Source: Nemertoderma westbladi
Lineage: Eukaryota; Animalia; Xenacoelomorpha
Direction of reading: 5' to 3'
Length of the DNA: 64,000 bases
Assembly (NCBI GenBank): GCA_032718475.1
Contig: JAUCBJ010008555.1
Location: forward strand, 73,303-137,302
Shown here in pieces: positions 22,801 through 33,105 of this stretch. Both the position numbers and the translations under genes were made by a program. The notes beneath the pieces were generated by a model. It searched no databases and was not told the DNA's origin. It saw only the letters and a program-made list of their open reading frames with translations. Each line of letters starts with the position of its first letter. The stretch's first letter is position 1.

Positions 22801-22860
22801 ATGGGTGATAGGGAGTTGTGGCGGTGCAATTTTGTTGACAAGCCGGCACAGCATTCTTAA
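19819..22860 (+). CDS. Chimeric retroelement ORF: 2A-like peptide + LINE AP endonuclease + Pro-rich repeat + in-frame RTE-type reverse transcriptase
   Basis: ORF track shows 1013 aa without a stop. Sequence from 21408 belongs to a different element, which has a second copy at 60.8-61.5 kb. Confidence 0.75.
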   Translation: MYVLLATVVYSITFQPSSISILLCGDIESNPGPLSVWHHNVRSLLPKLNNKICTDKLKIIYDTILDLNIDIFIVTETWFLKCTAADHESELNKHSYKYYNKPRADNSGYGGVGLFIRESLPHLRRTGRAFNSQGLELIFIDIFIVKLKVLVIGLYTPTEPTAQYWDTLYDVICNITTAYKYDGILLLGDFNTNCFHQTPFLVNKFCSLTGFTQVINSITRSQSQSCIDLLFTNLLPLKIKADAHADICFDNNLPISDHSPIFIDLNVDIKPPPLFIRTVWDYDKANWGEFRQFLNSKCLSSYFGAHADDPVEGVNFLTETLLEGTNRFIPSHKIKTRSSDPKWINNELRSLFRRRERLHKRAKGTPNNSNQWVIFRKYRNFVTQKVRLAKASYSSELYLSTKSSSNLDSKKWFSIVKSVLGKNKLSSIPFLFDGDTAVYEAFDKAQVLNNRFVINSTLPGLLPTTPVQSTPQTAPPLVHPTHQPVPPVVLSVVPPVLHPIPLTVPPVVHPTPPIVPPAVHPIPQTVPPVVSECLKLIYPIIVDMYRTTRVPQEMKTNKLVPVPKKGNLTLYGSFRGISLISIAAKLYNRILLNRIRDPIERLLRGNQNGFRKGRGTMEPILALRRIIEELSKKKDRHLAVIFVDFFKAFDSVSRSRMFSILSLYGIPDEIIAAIRSVYDGSAAFVSTVDGDTEPFEVLWGVLQGDTLAPFLFIIVVDYVLRMSLDHHNDDGVMITPPTGSRSRGNPAKYLTDLDFADDLGVLSESLEGAQRLLSSLEHAASSVGLFINSRKTKILTVNFESPQQVSDRMSISSKDGMLEHVDDFCYLGSWIRKSGEDLRIRKGKAWAALNRLSRIWKSPRINRKLKVRLFRAAVVPVLLYGSPCWALTAEDTKSLDGTFTRMLRRVHCAKYNAHISNQTLYNIGGVSLVPPSLTLEQNRLRFAGHCFRREDQPVHNLVLWQPHGVNKHGGQPMTFLRRILKDTGLKDADDLANVMGDRELWRCNFVDKPAQHS

Positions 22861-23200
22861 AAATGCAGCTGCAATGCAGCATGCCGATCCTAGTAGTAGT
22901 AGTACATCCCACACCTCCGATTGTACCTCCAGCAGTGCACCCCATACCCCTGACTGTACCACCGGTAGTACATCCCACACCTCCGATTGTACCTCCAGCA
23001 GTGCACCCCATACCCCAGACTGTACCACCGGTAGTACATCCCACACCTCCGATTGTACCTCCAGCAGTGCACCCCATACCCCTGACTGTACCACCGGTAG
23101 TACATCCCACACCTCCGATTGTACCTCCAGCAGTGCACCCCATACCCCAGACTGTACCATCGGTGGTATATCCCGTGGACCTGCAGCGGTACATCCCATA
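21230..23200 (+). repeat. 66-bp coding minisatellite in the LINE linker (PPVVHPTPPIVPPAVHPIPQTV), split by the RTE insertion
   Basis: Units at about 21230-21407 and 22901-23200. The repeat continues in register across the insertion (CCGGTAGT^ACATCCC). Confidence 0.85.
21408..22903 (+). mobile_element. 5'-truncated RTE-type non-LTR retrotransposon with (TAG)n tail
   Basis: RT motifs QNGFRKGRG, FVDFFKAFD, LQGDTLAPFLF, DFADD, FAGHCFR. Ends GCCGATCC(TAG)4. The same 3' end occurs inverted at about 60832-60870. Confidence 0.85.
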
Positions 23201-25667
23201 CCACAATCTTTACCCCCGACTTCACTACACCCCGACCCCTCTACTGTTCAGGGCGTCCCTGAAGAAGCAGTCCTAGAGCACATACAGATTTCAGAAGAGG
23301 ACGTAGGTTCAGGTATTTCATCCTTAAAAACGAATGGATCTCCTGGTATCGATGGAATAAGTAACAGAGTTATTAAATCATTATCCGGCTCTTTAATAGT
23401 TGGTCTAACTATTTTATTTAACGCGTTACTTAACATTTCTATTTTTCCACAATCCTGGAAGTATTCTAATATTACTCCAATTTTTAAAAAGGGAGAATTT
23501 TATAATTCTGGCAACTATCGCCCAATTTCTTTATTAAATAACCTTTCTAAGCTTTTTGAAACTGTTGTCAGAAAGCATATCTGGAATTTCCTATGGCATA
23601 AAATATCGAAACGACAATCAGGATTTATTCCCGGCGATAGTTGCCAAAACCAACTTCTCTTCCTATACGACTCCTGGTGCCAGGCCTGGGACGAAGGCGA
23701 CGTCACACAAGTAATATTCTGTGATGTCACAAAAGCCTTTGACAGGGTATGGCACGCAGGTCTCCTTGAAAAATTATATAGAATGGGAATCCGCGGTCGT
23801 TTATTGGCATGGTTCCAATGTTATTTATCAGGGCGTTGGCAGCGTGTAGTACTAGATGGGACATGCTCACTGTTTCTGGCGGTGCTCGCAGGCGTACCCC
23901 AGGGAAGTGTGCTCGGTCCCATCTTATTTATTATTTATATAAATGACCTTGTTGATGTATTGTCGGCAAACTGTTCACTGTTTGCTGACGATACATCTCT
24001 TTCATCTAGAATCAGTCATCCTGTTGTGCGCGCTCACTTTCTTAACCACGAACTTCATGAACTACACACTTGGGCTACTAAATGGCTCGTAACTTTTAAC
24101 CCAGAGAAAACCATTGTAATGACTATGTGTGGTTCCATCCCCTACCAGACAGCAGGGGCATACCCAAGGGGGGGGTAGTGGGGGTAATTACCCCCCCCCC
24201 CCCGTCAGAAAATTGGAATGTTATTAAAAAATGTGTAATATCAAGAGAGGGATGATTTGTGTTCCGCGAAAGTGTTTAAAGTACATACACCACCAAAAGT
24301 ACTGTTTTGAGGAATTCTAGTCTATTCGGTGTCGGTGTATTCCCTGACCAGCTTGTGTGAATGAACTCCATTCACACAAGCATATAACATTGTCAATAAC
24401 TCCTGTGGTGTCCTACCATTACATCATTATTAATTCAGTAATTTCCTTTATATGTTATAGTCTCTTTGTCTTTCAAATATTCAATTATTGAACAATTAAC
24501 ATTCAACATGATTAACATTGAGGCGGGATATTAATTCGCCAAGGCGGGATTTGCGTCCCCCCCCCCCCCCTGTCTCCCACTGGTAATCAATTTTAAATTT
24601 GAGTTTTACCCCCCCCCCCCCCCCCCCCCCCCCCCACCAGAAAATCCTGGGTACGCCCCTGCCAGACAGTGCCACTATATCTAAATGGTGAGGCCCTTCC
24701 GTGTGGTGAGACTCACAAACACCTGGGACTGGTATTTTCTTCCAATTTCAAGTTCAATGACCATGTCCTAGAACTAATTAACTCAGTTTCGAGAAATCTA
24801 TTGGTTCTGCGGAAAACTAAATACGTCCTATCCAAAGATGCAATACTAAAAATATACAAAACATTTATACGTCCTAAACTGGAATACGGCTGTGCGGTCT
24901 GGAACAACATATCTCAAGAAATGTCTGAACTACTTGACAATTTTGAACTTGAAATTCTAAGAATTGCCACTGGTGCTCCATCTCGCACTTCACATAGCAA
25001 GTTATATACCGAATGCAACATACAGAGTCTCTCTTCCAGGCGCTCAGCCATCTGCTTAATAACTTTTTATAAAATTATTAACAAGTTAACTCCGGAGTAC
25101 TTATTTTCCAGAATCCCAATTACAGTGGGGCAAAACCCATCACATAGTTACCCTCTCAGAAACAGCGCCAACATTTCCCAAATATCGTACCGTAAAGACC
25201 TTTATGGCAAATCTTTCTTTCCAAACACTATAAAAAAATGGAACGATCTCCCTTTTTCAACACGTTCACTCCCTCTCCCGACGTTTAAATCCCGACTCAT
25301 TTCAAATAATGTTATCAAACCATTTTACTGTGTTGGAACCCGCAAATTTCAAATCATTGTCTGCCAGTTGCGACTGCGGTGTAGTAAATTATCTGCAGAC
25401 ATGGTATCCAGGCACCTTCAGGACTCACCTGAGTGCACCTCATGCGGTGCTGCCACAGAAAACGCCTTTCACTTTTTTATAACTTGTCCGAGTTACTCTG
25501 GTGCCCGCCGTACACTGAAGGTTGGGTTGGAAGCTCTAGGGGCTTCACTGTCATTAAACTCTGTTTTAGAGGGACAAGGTATATCTGCGACCGATTACAA
25601 CAAATATTTCTCCCTTCTAAACACCTTTATTGTCTCTACTCAGCGTTTTCGGCTACTTTCACAATAA
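23180..25667 (+). pseudogene. Host LINE reverse transcriptase and C-terminus, interrupted by a MITE
   Basis: Removing 24153-24669 rejoins the frame (..PYQT|VPLYLNG..). There is an apparent frameshift relative to the upstream APE frame near 23160-23180. Confidence 0.8.
24153..24661. mobile_element. hAT-type MITE (509 bp)
   Basis: TIRs CAGGGGCATACCCA / TGGGTACGCCCCTG. Perfect 8-bp TSD CCAGACAG (24145-24152, 24662-24669). Confidence 0.92.
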
Positions 25668-26067
25668 AACAAAACCATTAGCCCAAAATATTTACTTACT
25701 TGCTTGCATATATACCTTTTCCCTTCAACTGTCTTTGTTAGCTAATTAAATAGATTCATTTGGTAATGTAAATTAAATTTCACTGTATGTTGCTACATTA
25801 TATTATTTTTATTTTTTATGTTTATTGATGTGCCTTCTATTTTGTGGCTTGGGTTGTGAGTCAGCGCGCCCGTCGGTCTAGTATATTTTTATTTTATAAA
25901 GTTTATTGTTTACCATATATTTACAACTGTCACTCCTAGCAACTCTAATCTGATATAATAACTAAGCTGGATATAGGGCCTTATCTGTCCGAATTGTTAT
26001 TGTTATTGTCAATTGTCATAATGTGACCCTGTTAAGCTTAATTCAATATACAGTCCTACCGCTAGAG

Positions 26068-26540
26068 AAAACAGTTAGTCACATATATATAGACGGGCGT
26101 ATATAGTGCAACAGTTAGTCACTTAAGTATAGACGGGCGTATATAGAGCAACAGTTAGTTACACAAGTATAGACGGACGTATATAGTGCAACAGTTAGTA
26201 ACATAAGTAGGCGGACGTGTACAGTGCAACAGTTAGTCACATAAGTATAGACGGACGTATACAGTGCAACAGTTAGTTACATAAGTATAGACGGACGTAT
26301 ACAGTGCAACAGTTAGTCACTTAAGTATAGACGGGCGTGTACAGTACAACTGTTAGTAACATAAGTAGGCGGACGTGTACAGTGCAACAGTTAGTCACTT
26401 AAGTATAGACGGGCGTGTACAGTGCAACAGTCAGTCACATAAGTATAGACGGATGTGTACAGTGCAACAGTTTGTCACATAAGTATAAACGAGCGTATAC
26501 AGTGCAACAGTTAGTCATATAAGTATAGACGAGCGTATAC
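26068..26540. repeat. 40-bp minisatellite, right part (about 12 copies)
   Basis: Same unit as 6612-7817. Confidence 0.95.
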
Positions 26541-26653
26541 TTTCAATAACTGTGGAACAGCTATTCATGTAATTTTTGTGTTTATTTTGTTTTTAATCAT
26601 TTTAATATCGCGTTGATTATGCGTTTCTCAATCACCCCGTATAATATTTGCAG

Positions 26654-26779
26654 ACATCAACGAGTGTCTGAGAGGCACACACAACTGCGACCTTTTGCAC
26701 GGTATCTGCCATGACACCCCCGGTGGCTACACCTGCTCCTGTGAAACCGGTTACTATGGAAACGGTTTCTTCTGTGATT
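26654..26779 (+). CDS. Exon i: calcium-binding EGF
   Basis: ttgcag| ... |gtaagt; NINECLRGTHNCDLLHGICHDTPGGYTCSCETGYYGNGFFCD. Confidence 0.92.
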
Positions 26780-26944
26780 GTAAGTAGCAGCCGTGATAAA
26801 AAAGGCGCAAACTAATTTATTCTTAAACCTTTTTCTGTTTTAAAACTCTCTCTGTGCCCGTATACATATTAATAATTAATAATATAATTATTGTCAACTA
26901 TCCTCTGTCCCAAGTTCTCCTCTTTCACTTTAATTTATCTCTAG

Positions 26945-27163
26945 ATATGTGCCGCGAAGGTGTTTGTCCACCGCTTCAGACCTGCGTCGTGGTAAACAAC
27001 CTCCCGACCTGCGTCTGCGTGTGCGAAGACCCACTTTGCGAGCCGTTGCCCGGCCAGGTATGCGGTAGTGATGGCAACACGTACTCCGACGCAGAGAGTC
27101 TGTTTTTGACGGCCTGTCACTCTGGCGAAGCAATTACCATGGAATACGCAGGGGCGTGCGCAG
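26945..27163 (+). CDS. Exon j: follistatin-N/Kazal domain
   Basis: ctctag| ... |gtgaga; MCREGVCPPLQTC...QVCGSDGNTY...ACH...GAC. Confidence 0.9.
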
Positions 27164-27855
27164 GTGAGATTATATAGTTACAAAAAGTTTAATTAACGTT
27201 GGTCCTATAGCAGTTGTTGTTAAATCCCTTGTCTTCAATTTAGTTCTCTGGCTATAGTGGTCGTGGTTCGTCTGGTTTTATATAGTTATCAGGGTAGTGC
27301 TGATCACTGAAATTAATTTCAAAGAATTTCAGTTCAGTTAAATTTTATATTTAAGTTTTCCATCGTCTCTAAATTCAGTGTCAGTTTACCATATCACTGA
27401 AAATTATTTTGTTATTTCAGTTTCAGATGACCAATTTATTTTATTAATTTCAGTTTCAGATTGCTAAACAATTTCAGTAATTTCAGTTTTATTTCAGTTT
27501 CAGTGTTTATTGCAGCAGTTTGGATGAGTCCGTACTGGGATAAGACTTAAGACTTTGTGCGAATTTCTTGGCCAAATAGACGAAGAAAACTTTACTTTTA
27601 ATTTTTACGCTGTTTTTTAACGTCTTATTGTTTATCATACGGGTACGGGTATCTTGTAGTTTTGTGTAGCATTTATGCGCAATAAATTTATTAGGGTGTG
27701 AGCTGCTTAAAGTTAGGTAGTGAGGAGAGATAAACAACCGACGTTTGAACCATGAAGGTCTCGCTCTATAGGCCCCCGTCGGTAGAATTAATTACTTCCC
27801 GGTGTCCATTAGTGATTTAGTCCACTCCAAATATTTATATTGATCCGTTTCCTAG

Positions 27856-28077
27856 GTGATTGCACCGCTGATATCTTCTGCCGCCCGGGAACACATTGCG
27901 AGGTTGTAGACAACCGACCCCAGTGTGTCTGCGACCCCTGCAGTGATGAGGAGTTGAACAGCGGGATCCTCTGCGCCTCCGACGGGGAGGTTTACGATAA
28001 TATCTGCGCGTTCAACGAACACAACTGTTACTATAGTAGCGTCTTAACCATCGTCAACTTCGGTGAATGCAACAGAG
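27856..28077 (+). CDS. Exon k: follistatin-N/Kazal domain
   Basis: tcctag| ... |gtaagt; DCTADIFCRPGTHC...LCASDGEVYDNIC...GEC. Confidence 0.9.
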
Positions 28078-28466
28078 GTAAGTGGAGCGTGTTGCCGCTG
28101 CAACATATAACCCCCATCCCGACTGCCAAGTAAAAATTAAAACCAAAATAAAAATACCAAATTTAGACACTAAACTGCTAAAAGCGTGCACTGTTTTTTT
28201 TGTACCCGGTACGCTTTGTATTTTCTGTTTGTTGGTTCTTGGAAAACCCGCGCAGCCAAGAGACGAAACTGGAACTCTGCGTACAGGTTCGGGTCAGGTT
28301 GTTACTGTCGGTCTGCCCGTCGCAAGGAACTGTACCTAAATAACAGGTCTAGTTTCATGACATTTCGATAACTTATTTATCTTATCTATATTATTTAACT
28401 AAATTATACTTTTAAAGGCAACGAAAACTAATTTTAGTTTGAGATTGTTTGAATAATTTCCCATAG

Positions 28467-28637
28467 ATTGTAGCTACAGTGATTGGTCGGATTGGTCCCA
28501 GTGCAGCGCTCTCTGTGGGGAAGGCGTTAGGATTTCTACCAGAGCGATTAGTAAACAGGCCACTGGTAACGGGGAACCTTGTGACGATACTTCATTGCAA
28601 CGGGAAATGCCGTGCGACTTGCCGCCATGTCCCGATA
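28467..28637 (+). CDS. Exon l: thrombospondin type-1 repeat (F-spondin-type Cys pattern)
   Basis: ccatag| ... |gtaagt; DCSYSDWSDWSQCSALCGEGVRISTRAISKQATGNGEPCDDTSLQREMPCDLPPCPD. Confidence 0.9.
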
Positions 28638-30340
28638 GTAAGTTTATAGTACCGATAGTAGGTTTATAGTACCGATAGTAAACTTATAGTACCGATAGTA
28701 AGTTTACTGTATAGTACCGATAGTAAGTTTATAGTACCGAAAGTATAGTACCGATAGTAAGTTTATAGTACCGATAGTAAGTTTATAGTACCGATAGTAA
28801 GTTTATAGTACCAAAAGTAAGTACCGATAGTAAACTTATAGTACCGATAGTAAGGTTATAGTACCGATAGTAAGTTTACTGTATAGTACCGATAGTAAGT
28901 TTATAGTACCGAAAGTAAGTACCGATAGTAAACTTATAGTACCGATAGTAAGGTTATAGTACCGATAGTAAGTTTACTGTATAGTACCGATAGTAAGTTT
29001 ATAGTACCGAAAGTAAGTTTATAGTACCGTTAGTAAGTTTATAGTACCGATAGTAAGTTTATAGTACCGAAAGTAAGTACCGATAGTAAACTTATAGTAC
29101 CGATAGTAAGGTTATAGTACCGATAGTAAGTTTACTGTATAGTACCGATAGTAAGTTTATAGTACCGAAAGTAAGTACCGATAGTAAACTTATAGTACCG
29201 ATAGTAAGGTTATAGTACCGATAGTAAGTTTACTGTATAGTACCGATAGTAAGTTTATAGTACCGAAAGTAAGTACCGATAGTAAACTTATAGTACCGAT
29301 AGTAAGGTTATAGTACCGATAGTAAGTTTATAGTACCGAAAGTATAGTACCGATAGTAAGTTTATAGTACCGATATTAAGTTTATAGTACCGATAGTAAG
29401 TTTATAGTACCGATAGTAAGTTTATAGTACCGATAGTAAGTTTATAGTACCGATAGTAAGTTTATAGTACCGATAGTTAGTTTATAGTACCGATAGTAAA
29501 CTTATAGTACCGATAGTAAGGTTATAGTACCGATAGTAAGTTTACTGTATAGTACCGATAGTAAGTTTATAGTACCGAAAGTATAGTACCGATAGTAAGT
29601 TTATAGTACCGATAGTAAGTTTATAGTACCGATAGTTAGTTTATAGTACCGATAGTAAACTTATAGTACCGATAGTAAGGTTATAGTACCGATAGTAAGT
29701 TTACTGTATAGTACCGATAGTAAGTTTATAGTACCGAAAGTATAGTACCGATAGTAAGTTTATAGTACCGAAAGTATAGTACCGATAGTACGTTTATAGT
29801 ACCGATAGTAAGTTTATAGTACCGTTAGTAAGTTTATAGTACCGAAAGTAACTTTATAGTACCGATAGGAAGTTTATAGTACCGATAGCAAGTTTATAGT
29901 ACCGATAGTAAGTTTCTAGTACCGATAGTAAGTTTATAGTACCGAAAGTAACTTTATAGTACCGATAGTAAGTTTATAGTACCGATAGTAAGTTTATAGT
30001 ACCGATAGTAAGTTTATAGTACCGATAGCAAGTTTATAGTACCGATAGTAAGTTTATAGTACCGATAGTAAGTTTATAGTACCGATAGTAAGTTTATAGT
30101 ACCGATAGTAAGTTTATAGTACCGATAGTAAGTTTATAGTACCGATAGTAAGTTTATAGTACCGATAGTAAGTTTATAGTACCGATAGTAAGTTTATAGT
30201 ACCGATAGTAAGTTTATTTTTACCGATAGTAAGTTTATAGTACCGATAGTAAGTTTATAGTACCGATAGTAAGTTTATAGTACCGATAGTAAGTTTATAG
30301 TACCGATAGTAAGTTTATAGTACCGTTAGTAAGTTTATAG
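28632..30340. repeat. 20-bp minisatellite (CCGATA|GTAAGTTTATAGTA)n, about 85 copies; unit spans the exon l donor
   Basis: The first copy is the real exon end plus GTAAGT donor. Higher-order variants are visible in the left half. Confidence 0.96.
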
Positions 30341-30797
30341 TTTGTTTGTAAGATTATTGTCCGGATAGTGAGTTTGATAATGGTTTAGATCAATAAGTCC
30401 CTTGTCATGTATTTATCATCAATATTCAGTAGTTTCTTTCATGCCGAGAGAAATTAATGCAAAATTAGTTTTTATGTACAGTGCAATATTATTACAGTAT
30501 TATAAGTTTGTAAGTAGTGTACTAAAACTACAACTGAATTTCTTTCAGTTTGTACATTAGGCTCACACTACCACAATACCAATACCAGCATGCATACATC
30601 TTGCTACATTTAGCATTACACTAAAAAAATGATCAGCCAATTAGATTGGGTTTTGCAGAAGTCGGGGAAACACGAAAAGATTACAAAACTGGCCATTCAG
30701 GGCCACCATATTACACTACGAATTTATCGTTTGGTAATAATGAGTCAGAATTACTATTACTAAAATTACGCAATGTAACCCACGTATTTATCTCCAG

Positions 30798-31013
30798 CTG
30801 TTTGTTTCAATCACGTCTGCCCTAACCACGGGGTATGCTATGCTATCGCCGATGGTGTCCCTGGATGCCGATGTCTCACCTGTGTCGGAGTACCTGTGGA
30901 CCCAGTCTGCGGTTCGGATGGAATTACCTACAACTCTGAATGCCAGCTCAAGCGATTGTCGTGTCGCAACAGCATTTCGGTTACTATGGTGAAGAGTGGA
31001 TCTTGTAGTGATG
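30798..31013 (+). CDS. Exon m: follistatin-N/Kazal domain
   Basis: ctccag| ... |gtaagc; VCFNHVCPNHGVC...PVCGSDGITYNSECQLKRLSC...GSC. Confidence 0.92.
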
Positions 31014-31162
31014 GTAAGCTAATTAATACATTACTTGTAGAGTTTGGATCGTCGTTTGGCGAAGAATTATTTACTTACAGTATTATTATTACCTTTAGGT
31101 TTGTAATTATTAGTAATTGCGTTACCGTATTACCCTGTACTGGTTGTAGTTGCGTTACCGTA

Positions 31163-33105
31163 TTTGTTTTTTTTGTACCTGTAGGCTACGCCCACAGTCA
31201 ATGTATCTATTTAATATTTATAACCATAAATGTTACAGCAATTAAGCACAATAACAACATTTAAGCACATTCATTAGCCTAATATTACAAACATAATTAT
31301 AAACTAATTTTTATTATTAAATAATCTTACCGGTAAATTTATTAAATCACGAAAATGAGCAATTATAGACCTCTATTTATAAAAAAAAGAAACACCGCAT
31401 GGTCCCTCCAATCTTACACCACCCGCGCGTCCGCAATGGCTACCAAGATTGAGGTATCAGCCATATCAAGCATCGCCTTAGTGTCGATCTGCTTCCGTGA
31501 ACACACATTATTACCGAACGTAATAAAACGAAGCTGATTTTGCGGCGAAGCCACTGAATCGCTTCATTGTAGCTGATCTATCTCTTCACTGCTAGCTAAT
31601 GAGCGAGACGTTTGGTGAAGATACGTGCACTCTGACCCATTCCTCCAGTAGCCGCTAGAATGAAAGGACAGAACGTTGACATTCTACATCCCGAACCCGC
31701 TCTTCATATTGGGCCCCCTTTCGGTTCTCGTGATGGTTATAAGCTCTATCGACGCCCAAAGAAGAATTGGACGGTGCTAGGGGGTTTTAAATACAGAAAT
31801 ATCGATCAACAGTTTCTCATAACGACCTCCCCAGAAACCACTGACAGATACATCTAACCGAGCACCCTCATCCCTTGTGGTTGTAGAGCGATGGAATGTT
31901 TCCCAGGTGATTGTTGGAGTACAGGCTCGATTGAAATGTCATGAGCAACCTCGGTTAACGTGTTTTCAATGAAATCTCTGATTTCATTGTGACGGACCGA
32001 CGGAAATCCACCTGTGGGGCATGATAAAACATGGTTTACTGTGAACCGCCCCCCACAGGCACATTCCACTGGTGTCACCTGCAACTGCCATCCGAACCTA
32101 AGCTGGATCGCATCCCTGAACTCTGACTAGGTGAGGTGATAGTTGTGCTGGGTTGATGGTCTGGTGTTGAGCCAAGCCGATGCTCCCTTCTGTGAAGATA
32201 AGATTCGTAGTTTTTCCTGCACTGGGGATATTGCGACCTGTATACTTTGTATTTCTTCTGCAACCCTTGTGTTTTGCTCCAATTTGATAGCTTTGGATGC
32301 TTCTTTCTGTTTTTCCCTGACATCGGCCATTGTATCCATCAATTCAATTCGCTCCATCAATGGCTCACTGATGGCTCTTGAGTTATCGTATTCCTTACTA
32401 AGATCTGATGGAATGGGTATGCCGAGTCCTCCCAATCTTGTTAGCAGCGCTATTAGTTTCTGTTCAGTTTCAGATAAGTTTACTCTGTTCCCCAATTTCA
32501 TTAGGAAAGTCTTGACTGCCTCGTCGAGTGGTGCCAATAGCAGCTCGATGTTGGGGATTACCCGACAAATGAACCGCCACTTCGCAGAGAGTCCTAAGGA
32601 AAGACAGGTAAATGCACAATGCGGGTCAATGTCTGCGATCGGACTCAATCGCTCCACCTGTCGAACAAAAGACTCGACCTTATCAAGAACAAACTGCCGA
32701 ATGGAATCGTCGCTACCAACAGCACCGCCCAGGATCCTATGACCACCTGCAGATATCTGCACATTTGTTCCTGCATACAGCATCCTCGCCTCTTCTAATA
32801 ACTCGAGTTTTACTATTAACCAAGTTTTTGAGGCATTTGGAAAATACCCTTATTTAGGTCCCCATTCGACCAATTCTCATATCCTAATATTTTCTTGGTT
32901 GTTTTAGACGACCGCTAGCATTGGCGTCATCGGCAAACCACTTCTGGGAAGTGGTGGTTACGGCGCCGAGTCTATCAATGAGGAGAGTGATGCACAGTCC
33001 ATATCCAGGCATTGCCACTGGACATCCCTGAGTCATTCCTTCAGAGACATGATGGATTCTCCATCTATAAACAATTTGGATGGTTTTTTATAGTAGTTAA
33101 GCATT
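31163..33105 (-). mobile_element. 5'-truncated, degenerate CRE-like (restriction-like endonuclease) non-LTR retrotransposon
   Basis: Minus-strand motifs TQGCP, WFADD, GGLGIP, ASAWL, C-x-C...H..SCPTGG, RHNEIRD. A-rich 3' end at about 31163-31175. Confidence 0.75.

Larger units (their letters stand above)
7818..26069 (+). mobile_element. CR1/L2-group non-LTR retrotransposon (APE-RT with C-terminal Cys/His motif), inserted in the 40-bp minisatellite and interrupted by three later insertions
   Basis: APE motifs (TETW, GGVG, GDFN, IDL, SDH) from 19819. RT motifs (NYRPISLL, DVTKAFD, VPQGSVLGP, FADD) at about 23.5-24.0 kb. C-terminal C-x2-C...H-x4-C to 25667. The satellite resumes at about 26068. 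Confidence 0.8.

Noticed and set aside
27290-27505. Repeated ATTTCAGT / ACTGAAAT motifs
   Set aside because: Probably a decayed small inverted-repeat element; ends and TSD could not be defined.
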